Assembly (NCBI GenBank): GCA_003599055.1
Contig: QZIM01000006.1
Location: 24,615-88,614 of the forward strand
DNA: 64,000 nt
Reading direction: 5' to 3'
Origin: Candidatus Woesearchaeota archaeon
Lineage (GTDB): Archaea; Nanobdellota; Nanobdellia; Woesearchaeales; ARS49
The notes beneath the pieces were generated by a model. That model did not search any database. It saw only the letters and a list, made by a program, of their open reading frames with translations, and was not told where the DNA came from. Of the stretch, positions 15,876 to 25,726 are shown in pieces; within the stretch, counting starts at the first letter, position 1, and the number at the start of each line of letters is the position of its first letter. Position numbers and translations under genes: made by a program.

Positions 15876-16616
15876 ATGAACAAAAAAACATTCACCCAAG
15901 CAGCAGACGCATTAAAAGCACTGCCACCGCGCAAGTTCAAGCAAACATTCGAATTCATCATTAACCTGCGCGACCTTGACCTCAAAAAGCCCGAACACCA
16001 GGTTGAACAATGGGTCCAACTGCCAAGCGGCAAAGGAATCCCGGTCAAAATCGGCGCGCTCGTCGGCCCCGAACTTGCAGAACAGGCAAAGGCCGCCTGC
16101 GACACCGTCATTGTCCACGACGACTTCTCCACATTCGCAAACGACAAAAAAGCAATCAAAAAACTCGCCGCAACCCACGACTACTTCATCGCACAGGCAA
16201 ACCTTATGGCAGATGTTGCTAAAACGTTTGGCCGATACTTCGGACCACGCGGCAAAATGCCAAACCCAAAAGCAGGATGCGTCGTCCCGCCCAATGCAAA
16301 CCTCAAAGTTCTTGCGGAAAAACTCCGCAAAACCGTCAAGGCAACCGCAAAAATGCAGCCATCGGTTAAAGTTGTCGTCGGCACACAGGACACTCCCTCG
16401 GACCAGGTCGCAGACAATATGCTTGCCGTTTACAGTTCTGTCATTCCCAAACTTCCCGGCGAAACCGCAAACATTCGCTCCGTTCTGCTCAAGCTCAGTA
16501 TGAGCCCACCGGTCAAAATCCTTGCGGACAGCATTGTTGCACCGAAAGCAGCGGCAACCGAACCACCTGCTGAAAAGAAACCAAGCAAGAAAAAAAGTGA
16601 CGGAGGTGCCCAATGA
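15876..16616 (+). CDS. rpl1: 50S ribosomal protein uL1
   Basis: KFKQTFEFIINLRDLD, VQLPSGKG and MPNPKAG are L1 hallmarks. The C-terminal tail is Lys-rich. Confidence 0.9.
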   Translation: MNKKTFTQAADALKALPPRKFKQTFEFIINLRDLDLKKPEHQVEQWVQLPSGKGIPVKIGALVGPELAEQAKAACDTVIVHDDFSTFANDKKAIKKLAATHDYFIAQANLMADVAKTFGRYFGPRGKMPNPKAGCVVPPNANLKVLAEKLRKTVKATAKMQPSVKVVVGTQDTPSDQVADNMLAVYSSVIPKLPGETANIRSVLLKLSMSPPVKILADSIVAPKAAATEPPAEKKPSKKKSDGGAQ

Positions 16617-17485
16617 GCGATAACGAAAAAACCTCCAAGGCAGCCCCCGAAAAGAAAGAAATCGTCGCCCACATCCAAAAATTGGGCAAAGAATACCCCA
16701 TCATCGCCGTCATCAACATGGAGAACCTGCCCGCAAGCGCACTCCTCCAGATGAAAAAACAGCTCCGCGGAAAAGTCGAACTCGTCATGACGAGAAAAAC
16801 ACTCATCACGCGCGGACTTGAACAGCTCAAGCTGCCAAAAGGCGAAGAACTTATCGCAAAAGTTCAGGGAATGCCCGCACTCATGTTCACCAAGGACAAC
16901 CCATTCGCACTCTACCGCACCATCAAGAAAAGCAAGACCCCCGCGCCGGCAAAAGCAGGACAGCTCGCCCCGCGCGACCTTGTAATTCCGAAAGGACCCA
17001 CCCCGTTCACCCCCGGTCCCGTCATCTCCGAATTCGCACAACTCGGCATCAAAGCAGGAGTCGAAGGCGGCAAAGTCGCGGTCAAAGAAGACACCACTGT
17101 CGTTCGCGAAGGACAACCCATCTCCGACAAGCTTGCAAGCATGCTTACCCGCCTTGGCATCACCCCAATGGAAATCGGGCTCGACCTTGTCTGCGCCTAC
17201 GAGAAAGGAATCATCTACGGCAGGTCAGTCCTTGACGTTGACGAAACCAAGTTCGCCGCAGACCTTGCACTCGCCGCAAGCGGCGCATTCAACCTTGCGT
17301 GCGACCTTGGCTGGGCAACCGCGGACACCATTGAAACACTCATCGGAAAAGCATTCCGCGAGGCAAAACAAGTCTCGCTTGACGGCGGCATCATAACGCC
17401 CGAACTCGCCGAAGAAGTGCTTGCCAAAGCGTTCCGCGAAGCAAGCGCAGTCGCAGAAGAAAGTAACATTCAAACCAACAATTGA
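16613..17485 (+). CDS. rplP0: 50S ribosomal protein uL10 (acidic protein P0)
   Basis: Position between L1 and P1. L10/P0-like sequence ([30 protein letters not shown]). 4-nt overlap with rpl1. Confidence 0.85.
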   Translation: MSDNEKTSKAAPEKKEIVAHIQKLGKEYPIIAVINMENLPASALLQMKKQLRGKVELVMTRKTLITRGLEQLKLPKGEELIAKVQGMPALMFTKDNPFALYRTIKKSKTPAPAKAGQLAPRDLVIPKGPTPFTPGPVISEFAQLGIKAGVEGGKVAVKEDTTVVREGQPISDKLASMLTRLGITPMEIGLDLVCAYEKGIIYGRSVLDVDETKFAADLALAASGAFNLACDLGWATADTIETLIGKAFREAKQVSLDGGIITPELAEEVLAKAFREASAVAEESNIQTNN

Positions 17486-17504
17486 TACTTACGGAGGTAA
17501 GACT

Positions 17505-17819
17505 ATGGAATACATCTATGCCGCACTGGTCATCCACAAGGCCGGCAAGAAAGTCGATGAGGCAACCCTCAAAAAGGTCCTCGAAGCAGCAGGCGTCAGC
17601 GCAGATGATGCACGCGTCAAGGCAACCGTCGCAGCGCTCGAAGGCGTCAACATCGACGAAGCCATGAAGAAAGCAGCAGCTGCACCCGTCGCAGTCGCAG
17701 CAGCACCGGCAGCAGCCGCAGGCGGCGAGAAGAAGGAAGAGAAGAAAGGCAAATCGGCAGCGGAAGAGAAGAAATCCGAAGAAGAAGCAGCCGCAGGCCT
17801 TAGCGCACTCTTTGGCTAA
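17505..17819 (+). CDS. rpl12: 50S ribosomal stalk protein P1 (L12)
   Basis: [15 protein letters not shown]... followed by an Ala-rich hinge, EEKK repeats and a C-terminal GLSALFG. GGAGGT lies 7 nt upstream. The track start at 17421 is rejected. Confidence 0.9.
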   Translation: MEYIYAALVIHKAGKKVDEATLKKVLEAAGVSADDARVKATVAALEGVNIDEAMKKAAAAPVAVAAAPAAAAGGEKKEEKKGKSAAEEKKSEEEAAAGLSALFG

Positions 17820-17849
17820 ACATTTTTTTCCCTTTTATTATGCCGAGGC

Positions 17850-18710
17850 GTGAGCCCCATGCAGGAAGAACAGAAGTCAGAACAAACGGAAGTACTTCGA
17901 GAAGAAATAGACACGCTTCGCGAAACCCTGAGTGAGATTTCAGACCAAAAAGAAGAACTCTTCCAAAAACGCTCAGGCCTTGGCAAAAACATTTCTGAAC
18001 TCATCGCCAAAATAAAACAGCTCAAGGAAGAGCGCAATGCGCTCACCGACCAGGTCAAGGCGGCAAAAGAAAAACGCAGCAAAATAACCGCTGAACTCCG
18101 CGAAAAAATCGACCAGCACAAAAAACTCATCGCAGACAAAAAAGACCTGCCAAAACCAACCGGCAAAGACCCAAGATTCCTCAAAAAACAAATCGAAAGC
18201 ATCGAATACAAAATCCAAACCGAAGCGCCATCTTGGGAGAAAGAACAAAAGCTCATGAAAACCCTGCGCGAGCTCAAAAAAGAATACAACGCAAGCGCAG
18301 CAAGCCACAAGGCATACGAAGCCAGCGGAGCCCTTGGCAGCGCCATTTCCCAACTCAAAAGACAAGCAGACGCACTCCACGCAGAAATCCAGCAAAAAGC
18401 AAAATCAAGCCAGGAAAAACACGAACAACTACTCAAACTCTCCGCACAAGTTGACGAACTCAAGAAACAGGAAGGGGAAGTCTTCGAACAAATCGGCGAG
18501 AAAAAAGCAGAAATTGCCGAAAAAGCACGCCCCCTTGACGAGAAACGCAAAAAACTCCACGCACAGGCAGAATTGGGCCGCCAACAAAGCGAACGGCAAA
18601 AAAGAAAGAAGCTCTCAGAATTACGCGCGGAAGTTGAGATGAAAATCAAGAACAAACAAAAACTCACGACACAAGACTTACTGATTTTACAGAGCGCGCC
18701 GGAAGAATGA
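17850..18710 (+). CDS. Archaeal coiled-coil protein (COG1340-like)
   Basis: 286 aa of near-continuous K/E/L/Q heptad sequence. The antisense 342-aa ORF 17816..18844 is a shadow. Confidence 0.6.
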   Translation: MSPMQEEQKSEQTEVLREEIDTLRETLSEISDQKEELFQKRSGLGKNISELIAKIKQLKEERNALTDQVKAAKEKRSKITAELREKIDQHKKLIADKKDLPKPTGKDPRFLKKQIESIEYKIQTEAPSWEKEQKLMKTLRELKKEYNASAASHKAYEASGALGSAISQLKRQADALHAEIQQKAKSSQEKHEQLLKLSAQVDELKKQEGEVFEQIGEKKAEIAEKARPLDEKRKKLHAQAELGRQQSERQKRKKLSELRAEVEMKIKNKQKLTTQDLLILQSAPEE

Positions 18711-19078
18711 GCGAAGAATTCTTTCGCGTGATTGCCGGCACACAAGGCATTTATGCCGCAGTTGAGCGCGACTGTCCGCGAAATGATGCACGCAGAAAAA
18801 ACAAGCCGGACGGCAGCTGGCTCCCAAAAGAAGGACCAAAACACCCCGGCGCAATCTCGTTTTGGAAAGAGTTCGGACTTCAGAAGTATATTGCTTCAGG
18901 GCTTCTTGGCTGGCACGCCTTCGTTGTCAAAGAGCCAATTCAGGTACAAATCATATCACGACCGCCAAAAATCCTGCACGAAGACGACTACCAAATAATT
19001 TGCATACCTGCGGATGTTCAGATTCTGCGCGAAGAGCCGCTTGAACAATTTCTCGCGCATAGGACGGTCCCAGAATAG
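18707..19078 (+). CDS. Hypothetical protein
   Basis: 123-aa ORF with a 4-nt overlap with the upstream gene. Confidence 0.45.
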   Translation: MSEEFFRVIAGTQGIYAAVERDCPRNDARRKNKPDGSWLPKEGPKHPGAISFWKEFGLQKYIASGLLGWHAFVVKEPIQVQIISRPPKILHEDDYQIICIPADVQILREEPLEQFLAHRTVPE

Positions 19079-19117
19079 GACTCGGGACCATCTCATTCTT
19101 GGAAATTTTCCGAAATA

Positions 19118-19399
19118 TTGAACGACAGGTTTAAGAATACAATTCCCTCCTTAACCAATATGAATACTGAAACTATCCAAATTCACAAGAAAGAAACTTC
19201 CAAGAACAAACTCTTGGAAGATATTACGCTCCCGCTTGAACTTGGACTGGAAGCCATACGCGCAGGAAAAGTCAAGCGCGTACGACATCTTGTGCGACCT
19301 GAAATTAAAGACGACCTTCTCTGGCAGCTTGAAGAAAGCCTAAAAGACATCAAAGCGGGCAGAGTGACTCTGTTCAAACCCTCAACGAAGCAACGCTAA
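19118..19399 (+). CDS. Small protein with an antitoxin-like C-terminus (tentative)
   Basis: The C-terminal LEESLKDIKAGRV resembles the tails of several type II antitoxins. Local sequence is AT-richer. Convergent 18-nt overlap with the RelE-like ORF. Confidence 0.35.
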   Translation: MNDRFKNTIPSLTNMNTETIQIHKKETSKNKLLEDITLPLELGLEAIRAGKVKRVRHLVRPEIKDDLLWQLEESLKDIKAGRVTLFKPSTKQR

Positions 19400-19687
19400 G
19401 TATTTCTCTTTGTTTTTCATGATAAACCCAATTATACTTCCCTGTTCTTTCTTTGTTGCAAATGCCACGAGCACTGCACCCGTTCGCTTTTCGTTAACGA
19501 CATAAAGCAAGCGCTTGCCTCTGCACTTTCGTTCGCGCAACCAATCGCAACCCAGCGGCTTGCCTCCCGTTAAATCGCGCTCCAACCTACAGAACACGCG
19601 GTCAATCCACTTACGCTCAACGTAATCCAATTTTCCATATTGCTGGCGGAATAAATCAGTCTGCCCAATACTATTCATTAACCGCAC
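19382..19687 (-). CDS. RelE/ParE-superfamily toxin-like protein
   Basis: About 100 aa and basic. ..RERKCRGKRLLYVVNEKRTGAVLVAFATKKEQ.. resembles the RelE/StbE core. The start may be the second Met (19678). Confidence 0.5.
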   Translation of the reverse strand: MRLMNSIGQTDLFRQQYGKLDYVERKWIDRVFCRLERDLTGGKPLGCDWLRERKCRGKRLLYVVNEKRTGAVLVAFATKKEQGSIIGFIMKNKEKYLALLR

Positions 19688-19733
19688 AAGATAGCTGCGA
19701 TTAATATGCCTTCGCAGAAAAAACCCGGAACGT

Positions 19734-20066
19734 TTACTTCCTCTTCAACTTCTCAAAGAACTCACGAACCCGCTCATCTCCGCGAACGGCTGCTTTTGGG
19801 CCGAGCTTGTAGTATTTTTTTTCGACCATTGAACCCCAACTGTACTCGCCTTTTTCCTGCTTGATTTCCGCAAGCTCAAACTCACCGAGCTTCACCCCCT
19901 TGCGCAGGTTGTAGTAAATATTTTCTCTTGTGCACGGCGGGAAAAGCTCATTGTACCAGCGGTGAATCTTATAGCCGTACTCCGGTCCAATCACGGCAAG
20001 CATTTCCACAATATTTTGCCGAATATCCGACCTGACCGGACGGCCCCTTTGCGCCACTAGCAACAC
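19734..20066 (-). CDS. PadR-like winged-helix transcriptional regulator
   Basis: GYKIHRWYNELF..ENIYYNLRKGVKLGEFEL....KKYYKLGPKA fits the PadR wHTH pattern. Confidence 0.55.
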   Translation of the reverse strand: MLLVAQRGRPVRSDIRQNIVEMLAVIGPEYGYKIHRWYNELFPPCTRENIYYNLRKGVKLGEFELAEIKQEKGEYSWGSMVEKKYYKLGPKAAVRGDERVREFFEKLKRK

Positions 20067-20067
20067 C

Positions 20068-20505
20068 TCATTTGAGAACCGCCTCAGTTGCCATCAACGC
20101 CATCACGTGCCGCATCAACTGCGCGTATTGCGCATTCAAATTCTGAAAGACAACTTCACGATTTTCCGCACTATAAAAAGACTCGGCAAGACTGCCGATT
20201 GACTCAATATCGCCGTGAATCTGCGCAAGCTCGCTTTCCATCTCGTGAAGCGCCTTTTCCGCACCCCGAAAACGAACCGCAGACTTTTCCAACATCAATG
20301 CCCCAATAACCTTCTTTGCCTCGTGCACGTGCTCATTCATTTGGTCACAGGAACGCCGAATACGCCTCCCTATCACCTCTGCCTTTGCAAGCTCAAGCGG
20401 AGACTTTGCCAGCACGAACTCATCAAGGTCCAAAAGCCCCTGCGAAACCTCACGCACCAATGCCGCAACCTTTTCCTCCTCCGCAAACAAACGGCCCAGC
20501 TTCAC
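20068..20505 (-). CDS. Hypothetical helical protein
   Basis: 145-aa ORF with a 4-nt overlap with the ppsA stop. No motif recognised. Confidence 0.5.
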   Translation of the reverse strand: MKLGRLFAEEEKVAALVREVSQGLLDLDEFVLAKSPLELAKAEVIGRRIRRSCDQMNEHVHEAKKVIGALMLEKSAVRFRGAEKALHEMESELAQIHGDIESIGSLAESFYSAENREVVFQNLNAQYAQLMRHVMALMATEAVLK

Positions 20506-22916
20506 TTTTTCTTCCTCTTCTTCTCATATTCCGCAATCACCAGACTTGTCCGCACAACCGCGTCGGGCGAAAGGCTGATACTGTCAATTCCGCAATCAAC
20601 CAAAAACTCCGCAAACTCATCATACGTTGAAGGCGCATCGCCGCAAATACCTATCTTTTTCTTGTGCTCCTTTGCAACGCTAATCACGTGCTGAACCATC
20701 CGCTTCACCGCGGGGCTTCGCTCATCATAAATGTCCGCCACAAGCTCACTGTCACGGTCAACGCCCAGCGTCATTTGCGTCAAGTCATTGCTCCCGATGC
20801 TAAACCCGTCAAACACCCCGCAGAACTCGTCAGCGAGAATAACATTGCTTGGGACTTCGCACATCACGTACACCTGCAAGTCATTCTTCCCGCGCTCAAG
20901 ACCGTTCTCCTTCATCACCTGCAAGACTTTCCTCCCTTCCTCAGGAGTCCTGCACACCGGCACCATTACCTTGAGGTTGCGCAGGCCAAATTCCTCCCGC
21001 ACCTTCTTTATCGCACGACACTCAAGCGCGAAACCCTCCCTGTAACCGGGCTTGTAATACCGGGACGCACCGCGCCAGCCAATCATCGGATTCTCCTCCT
21101 TTGGCTCAAAATACTTCCCGCCAATGAGGTTCACATACTCGTTTGTCTTAAAGTCGCTGAAGCGCAAAATAACATCCTTCGGATAGAACGCCGCTGCAAT
21201 CAGACCCACCCCTTGGGCGAGCTTGTCCACAAAAAATTCCCGCTTATCCTTATACCCTGCAGTCAGCTTCTCTATCTGCCTTCGCACATCCGCGTCCTTT
21301 ACCTTCTCAAAATGAATGAGCGCCATCGGATGAATCTTAATGTACTCATTCACGATAAACTCCTCACGCGCAAGGCCCACCCCGTCATTTGGCAAAAAGC
21401 TGAGCTCAAAGGCCTGGTCGGGATTGCCCACATTCATCATAATTTTTGTCTTTGGCCGAGGCGCCTCCTTTAAGTCAATCCTGTTCACCTTAAACTTCAA
21501 AAGACCGTCGTAGACAACCCCGTGCTCGCCCTCTGCGCACGACACGGTCACCTTTTGGCCCGTCCTAATTTTCTGCGTTGCATCGTTCGTTCCGACAATA
21601 CACGGAATGCCGATTTCCCTACTCACAATCGCCGCGTGGCTTGTTCGCCCGCCCCGATTTGTCACAATCGCGCTTGCAAGCCGCATAATCGGAACCCAAT
21701 CCGGGTCAGTCATTTCCGTCACGAGCACTTCGCCTTTGCGGAACTGGCTGATATCGCGCACATCACGAATCACGTGCGCAGCCCCTTGCGCAATCTTATT
21801 CCCCACACTTTTCCCAACCGCAAGCACCTTTCCCTTTTGCATCATCTTATACTCTTCAAGCACTGAGCGGTCCTTTCGCGAGTGAACGCTCTCGGGACGC
21901 GCCTGCACGATATACAGCTCGTGATTGCGCCCATCCTTTGCCCACTCAATATCCATCGGAACCCACCTGCTGCGCTTTTGGCTGTAATAATCCTCAATCG
22001 CCATCGCCCAGGACGCAAGGGTTAGCACCTCATCATCCGAAAGACAAAACTTTGCGCGCTCAGGAGCGGGCGTGTCAATAATCCTTGTCGCCTTACTCCC
22101 CTCCTCCGCATAAATCATCTTCGTTGCCTTCTCACCCAAACGCTTGTCAATAATCGGGCGATACTTGTGATTCAGCGTCGGCTTAAACACGAAAAACTCA
22201 TCCGGGTTCACCGCGCCCTGCACCACCATCTCCCCAAGACCGTAACTTCCCGTCACAAACACCACGCCCGGAAAACCGGTCTCCGTATCAAGCGTGAAAA
22301 TAACCCCGCTTGCGGCAAGGTCTGAGCGAACCATCCGCTGCACGCCAATTGAAAGGTACACCTTGAAATGGTCAAACCCGTTTTCCGTCCTATAGGCAAT
22401 CGCGCGATTTGTGAACAAAGACGCAAAACACCTGCGGCACGCATCCATTAGCTCGTGCGCGCCACGCACATTCAAAAACGTCTCCTGCTGGCCCGCAAAA
22501 CTTGCCTCAGGCAAATCTTCCGCCGTTGCTGATGAGCGAACGGCAACATCAGTATTATGGACCTTTGACTCCCTGCACAATTTTTGATACGCTTCCTCAA
22601 TTGCACGCTTTAACTCTTCCGGGAACTCACAGCGCAAAATAATCTCACGCGCCTTCCTTCCCGCCTCGGAGAGCTTGCGCACGTTCCGCACGTCAAGCCC
22701 CTTGAGCGCTGCCTTTAACTCAGCCTCAACACCGGACTTTTCCAGCAAGAAACGATACGCATATGCAGTAATTGCAAAACCATTCGGAACCTTAACCCCT
22801 TTTTTTGAAAGGTTCTGATACATTTCACCAAGACTTGCATTTTTTCCGCCGACCAGACCCACATCATCAATGCCAACCTGGTCAAACCAGAGGATAAGCT
22901 CCCTTGAACGATCCAT
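20502..22916 (-). CDS. ppsA: Phosphoenolpyruvate synthase (pyruvate, water dikinase)
   Basis: VGGKNASLGEM, TNRGGRTSHAAIVSREIGIPCIVG (phospho-His domain) and GIDSISLSPD (PEP-utilising TIM barrel). I set the start at MDRSREL (22916), not the track start at 23012. Confidence 0.92.
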   Translation of the reverse strand: MDRSRELILWFDQVGIDDVGLVGGKNASLGEMYQNLSKKGVKVPNGFAITAYAYRFLLEKSGVEAELKAALKGLDVRNVRKLSEAGRKAREIILRCEFPEELKRAIEEAYQKLCRESKVHNTDVAVRSSATAEDLPEASFAGQQETFLNVRGAHELMDACRRCFASLFTNRAIAYRTENGFDHFKVYLSIGVQRMVRSDLAASGVIFTLDTETGFPGVVFVTGSYGLGEMVVQGAVNPDEFFVFKPTLNHKYRPIIDKRLGEKATKMIYAEEGSKATRIIDTPAPERAKFCLSDDEVLTLASWAMAIEDYYSQKRSRWVPMDIEWAKDGRNHELYIVQARPESVHSRKDRSVLEEYKMMQKGKVLAVGKSVGNKIAQGAAHVIRDVRDISQFRKGEVLVTEMTDPDWVPIMRLASAIVTNRGGRTSHAAIVSREIGIPCIVGTNDATQKIRTGQKVTVSCAEGEHGVVYDGLLKFKVNRIDLKEAPRPKTKIMMNVGNPDQAFELSFLPNDGVGLAREEFIVNEYIKIHPMALIHFEKVKDADVRRQIEKLTAGYKDKREFFVDKLAQGVGLIAAAFYPKDVILRFSDFKTNEYVNLIGGKYFEPKEENPMIGWRGASRYYKPGYREGFALECRAIKKVREEFGLRNLKVMVPVCRTPEEGRKVLQVMKENGLERGKNDLQVYVMCEVPSNVILADEFCGVFDGFSIGSNDLTQMTLGVDRDSELVADIYDERSPAVKRMVQHVISVAKEHKKKIGICGDAPSTYDEFAEFLVDCGIDSISLSPDAVVRTSLVIAEYEKKRKKK

Positions 22917-23023
22917 AACACACCCCTTTTCAAAACCAGTGAAAGAAAATCGCTTATTTAAATATTCCTTTTTGCGCCCTGCCGTACCACACACATTTAA
23001 ACCTGTGCCCACGCCTAACTTTT

Positions 23024-23929
23024 ATGAACCCGCTCATCCTCTCACACGTCAAAAAAACCTTCCCCGGCAAAACCGGACCCATCGTTGCCCTTCGCGACGC
23101 AGACTTCGCCATTGAAGAAGGAGAAATCTTCGGACTCCTTGGCCCCAACGGCGCAGGCAAAACAACCATCATCAACATCGCCTTAAACCTTCTCAAGCCG
23201 GACAGCGGAGAAGTACGGATTTTTGGCGAAAAACCCAGCCCGAACGTCCTTCGCCAAATCAACCTCATCGCCGGCGGCTCCTCATTTCACTGGGCGCAAA
23301 CCCCAAAAGATATCCTCACCTTCTTCTCCAAAGCATACCACATTCCCGACCGCGACAAAAAAATCGCAGAAGTCCTGCAAAAAACACGCACCGAACACCT
23401 GCAAGACCGCAAATTCAGCTGGCTCTCCACCGGTGAACGCCTGCGCGTCGCATTTGCCAAAGCACTCCTCAATTCACCAAAACTCCTCTTAATGGACGAG
23501 CCAACATTAGGCCTTGACCCCGACGTTGCACGCCAAATCAGAAAAGAAGTCCTCGACCTTAAAAAAAGCGGCACGACCATCCTCTTAACGACACACTATA
23601 TGCACGAAGTCGAACAGCTCTGCGACCGCATCGGATTCATCTATCGCGGACAAATCATTGACATTGGGCGCGTCAAAGAAGTCAAGCTCAAGCACTTCGG
23701 CACGTACGACGCCATCTTAACGCTCAACAAAAAGCCAAGCGCACGGCTTGCAAAAGACCTCGCCCTCACCGTGAAAGAAAATAAAGCCAAAGCCACCCTT
23801 GAAAGCGAAGACGCGCTTGCAAACCTCCTTGCCGCAGTGCACACCGCCGGCTACAAAATCATTGACATCCACCTCAAAAAGCCCAGCCTTGAAGACTACT
23901 TTATCAAAATCACCGGAGAACAACAATGA
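23024..23929 (+). CDS. ABC transporter ATP-binding protein (ABC-2 type)
   Basis: Walker A GPNGAGKTT, signature LSTGERLR, Walker B LLLMDEPTLGLD, H-loop TTHYMHE. Confidence 0.9.
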   Translation: MNPLILSHVKKTFPGKTGPIVALRDADFAIEEGEIFGLLGPNGAGKTTIINIALNLLKPDSGEVRIFGEKPSPNVLRQINLIAGGSSFHWAQTPKDILTFFSKAYHIPDRDKKIAEVLQKTRTEHLQDRKFSWLSTGERLRVAFAKALLNSPKLLLMDEPTLGLDPDVARQIRKEVLDLKKSGTTILLTTHYMHEVEQLCDRIGFIYRGQIIDIGRVKEVKLKHFGTYDAILTLNKKPSARLAKDLALTVKENKAKATLESEDALANLLAAVHTAGYKIIDIHLKKPSLEDYFIKITGEQQ

Positions 23930-24705
23930 GAGCACGCAACATCCTTGCCGTCATGTGGAACGACCTTAAAATCCTTCGGCGAAACCAATACCGCCTCATT
24001 GACATCTTATACTTTCCAATCATCACTGCACTCATCTGGGGACTCTACGCCACGTACACAAAAACATTCGCCCTTGAAGCAGGACTCGTCGTTTTGATAT
24101 CAAACCTTTACTGGTCCTATTCGCTCCTCTGCCAGCAACAAAGCAACTACCTTGTCATGGAAGACCTCTGGAGCAACAGCCTTCGGCAAGTCCTCGTTGC
24201 AGGCATCACCGAATTCGAATACCTCATTGCAAAGCTTGCAACCACCACCATCGGCGCAACCGCAGTCGGAACCGCACTCCTCCTTATCGCACAACACTTT
24301 GGCGCGCCGCTCTTTGCAAACCTGCACGTCACACTCCTTTTGGCCCTTGCCGCATTCCTTGGCAGCATGGCCCTTGGCATCATCGTCACCGGCATCGTCA
24401 TTGCCGCAGGAAAAGAATACCAGTTTTTGGCGTGGAGCACGCTGGAACTGTTCGTGTTCTTCTCCGCGCCATTCTATCCCGCAGACCTTCTGCCCTCATT
24501 CATTCGATGGATATCAGACGTGATGCCCTTTACCTCGCTCTTCGAAGGAGCACGCCTCCTTGCAACCGGCGGCAGCGTGCCCCCTGCACTCATTGGAGCA
24601 GCACTCATCGCAAGCGGAGCATACTTCATTTTGGCGTGGCCGTTCTACGCGTGGTGCTTTAAACGGGCGAGGCGCAGCGGGCAGTTAGCACGAATTGCGA
24701 CCTAA
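23926..24705 (+). CDS. ABC-2 type transporter permease
   Basis: 4-nt overlap with the ATPase gene. About six hydrophobic segments. Length is 259 aa. Confidence 0.75.
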   Translation: MRARNILAVMWNDLKILRRNQYRLIDILYFPIITALIWGLYATYTKTFALEAGLVVLISNLYWSYSLLCQQQSNYLVMEDLWSNSLRQVLVAGITEFEYLIAKLATTTIGATAVGTALLLIAQHFGAPLFANLHVTLLLALAAFLGSMALGIIVTGIVIAAGKEYQFLAWSTLELFVFFSAPFYPADLLPSFIRWISDVMPFTSLFEGARLLATGGSVPPALIGAALIASGAYFILAWPFYAWCFKRARRSGQLARIAT

Positions 24706-24766
24706 TCGGTAAACTTTCCGGCTTTTTTACCGCAACACACAAAAAGCGACCTGCAATCAATAGTCT

Positions 24767-25108
24767 ATGCGCGAATACCTTATCTCAGCAACACTCCTTT
24801 TTGGCGGGTGCGCACTCCCAAACACCCAACACCATTATGAAAAAACCGCGCCCCCCTGCAGAACCGCACAAACCGACAGGCTTGAAGAAAAAGTAACTCC
24901 CGTGCAAAAACCACCCCAAAGAGAACCCGAACACACCAATGAAACTGCAACCACACAAAAACACCAAAACAACCACGAATACCTTCTCGCATACCTCGCC
25001 CTTGCAACAGGAACCCTCGGAATGCTCGCAGTCAAATATGCCTACGAAGCACACGCATCATACATCCCGCCTGATTCACTTGCAACCGACGAATGCTCAC
25101 AGGAGTGA
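24767..25108 (+). CDS. Hypothetical lipoprotein/membrane protein
   Basis: Lipobox-like LLFGGCA and one C-terminal TM (LLAYLALATGTLGMLAV). The middle is low-complexity. Confidence 0.4.
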   Translation: MREYLISATLLFGGCALPNTQHHYEKTAPPCRTAQTDRLEEKVTPVQKPPQREPEHTNETATTQKHQNNHEYLLAYLALATGTLGMLAVKYAYEAHASYIPPDSLATDECSQE

Positions 25109-25259
25109 AAGCACAAGAACAAGCACGACCGCAAGACAGACCAGCTCACGCCGAAACGGAAGACCCGCCGCGCGGCCTTTTGGCATTGCCGCCTCACTAT
25201 ACCGCCTATCGTAATACACGTCTTCTCACCCACAACAAAAAATGTGAAATTAAAAAAAA

Positions 25260-25631
25260 TTACTCTTCGCTTGCAAGCACCCAAATCGTCTTGAACGCGA
25301 CAATTAAGGCAGCAGGGAACACAAACGTTACCACATTGCCCAAAATGACTGCCGCAGTGTAGCCAAGCTGAATAATATCGCCCGCCGCGTCAGCCGCGAT
25401 AACAAGCGCCACAGTTGCCACCAAAAACTGCTCGGTTTCCCGCGCCGTGATGTTCAAAAGGCCAACAATAAGGCCAAGCCCCACGAGCACCCACGCAATC
25501 TTGGGCGTCTGAAGCGCAGGAACAAGCCCTGCAATCACTGCAAGCACAACCCCAATGAGGAACGCCCAGTGACCGACTTTGGAATCACGAACCGGCATAA
25601 CCGGCATAGACCGAACAACTCTTTTTGCCAT
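25260..25631 (-). CDS. Integral membrane protein
   Basis: 123 aa with three to four TM helices. TATA (TTTTATAT on the minus strand) lies about 25 nt upstream. Confidence 0.6.
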   Translation of the reverse strand: MAKRVVRSMPVMPVRDSKVGHWAFLIGVVLAVIAGLVPALQTPKIAWVLVGLGLIVGLLNITARETEQFLVATVALVIAADAAGDIIQLGYTAAVILGNVVTFVFPAALIVAFKTIWVLASEE

Positions 25632-25726
25632 ACAAAGACTTGAACAATGACGATATAAAAGGTTATGTTATTACCTGAGAGTTGTTAGTAGTTGGTTTTC
25701 AGTTTTCAGTTATCAGTGCTCAGTAT

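Noticed and set aside
17816-18844. 342-aa minus-strand ORF, the longest unannotated ORF in the track
   Set aside because: It is antisense to the coiled-coil gene 17850..18710. Its product is Ser/Cys/Phe/Trp-rich and low-complexity. This is what the mirror frame of a K/E-rich gene produces on the G/T-rich strand.
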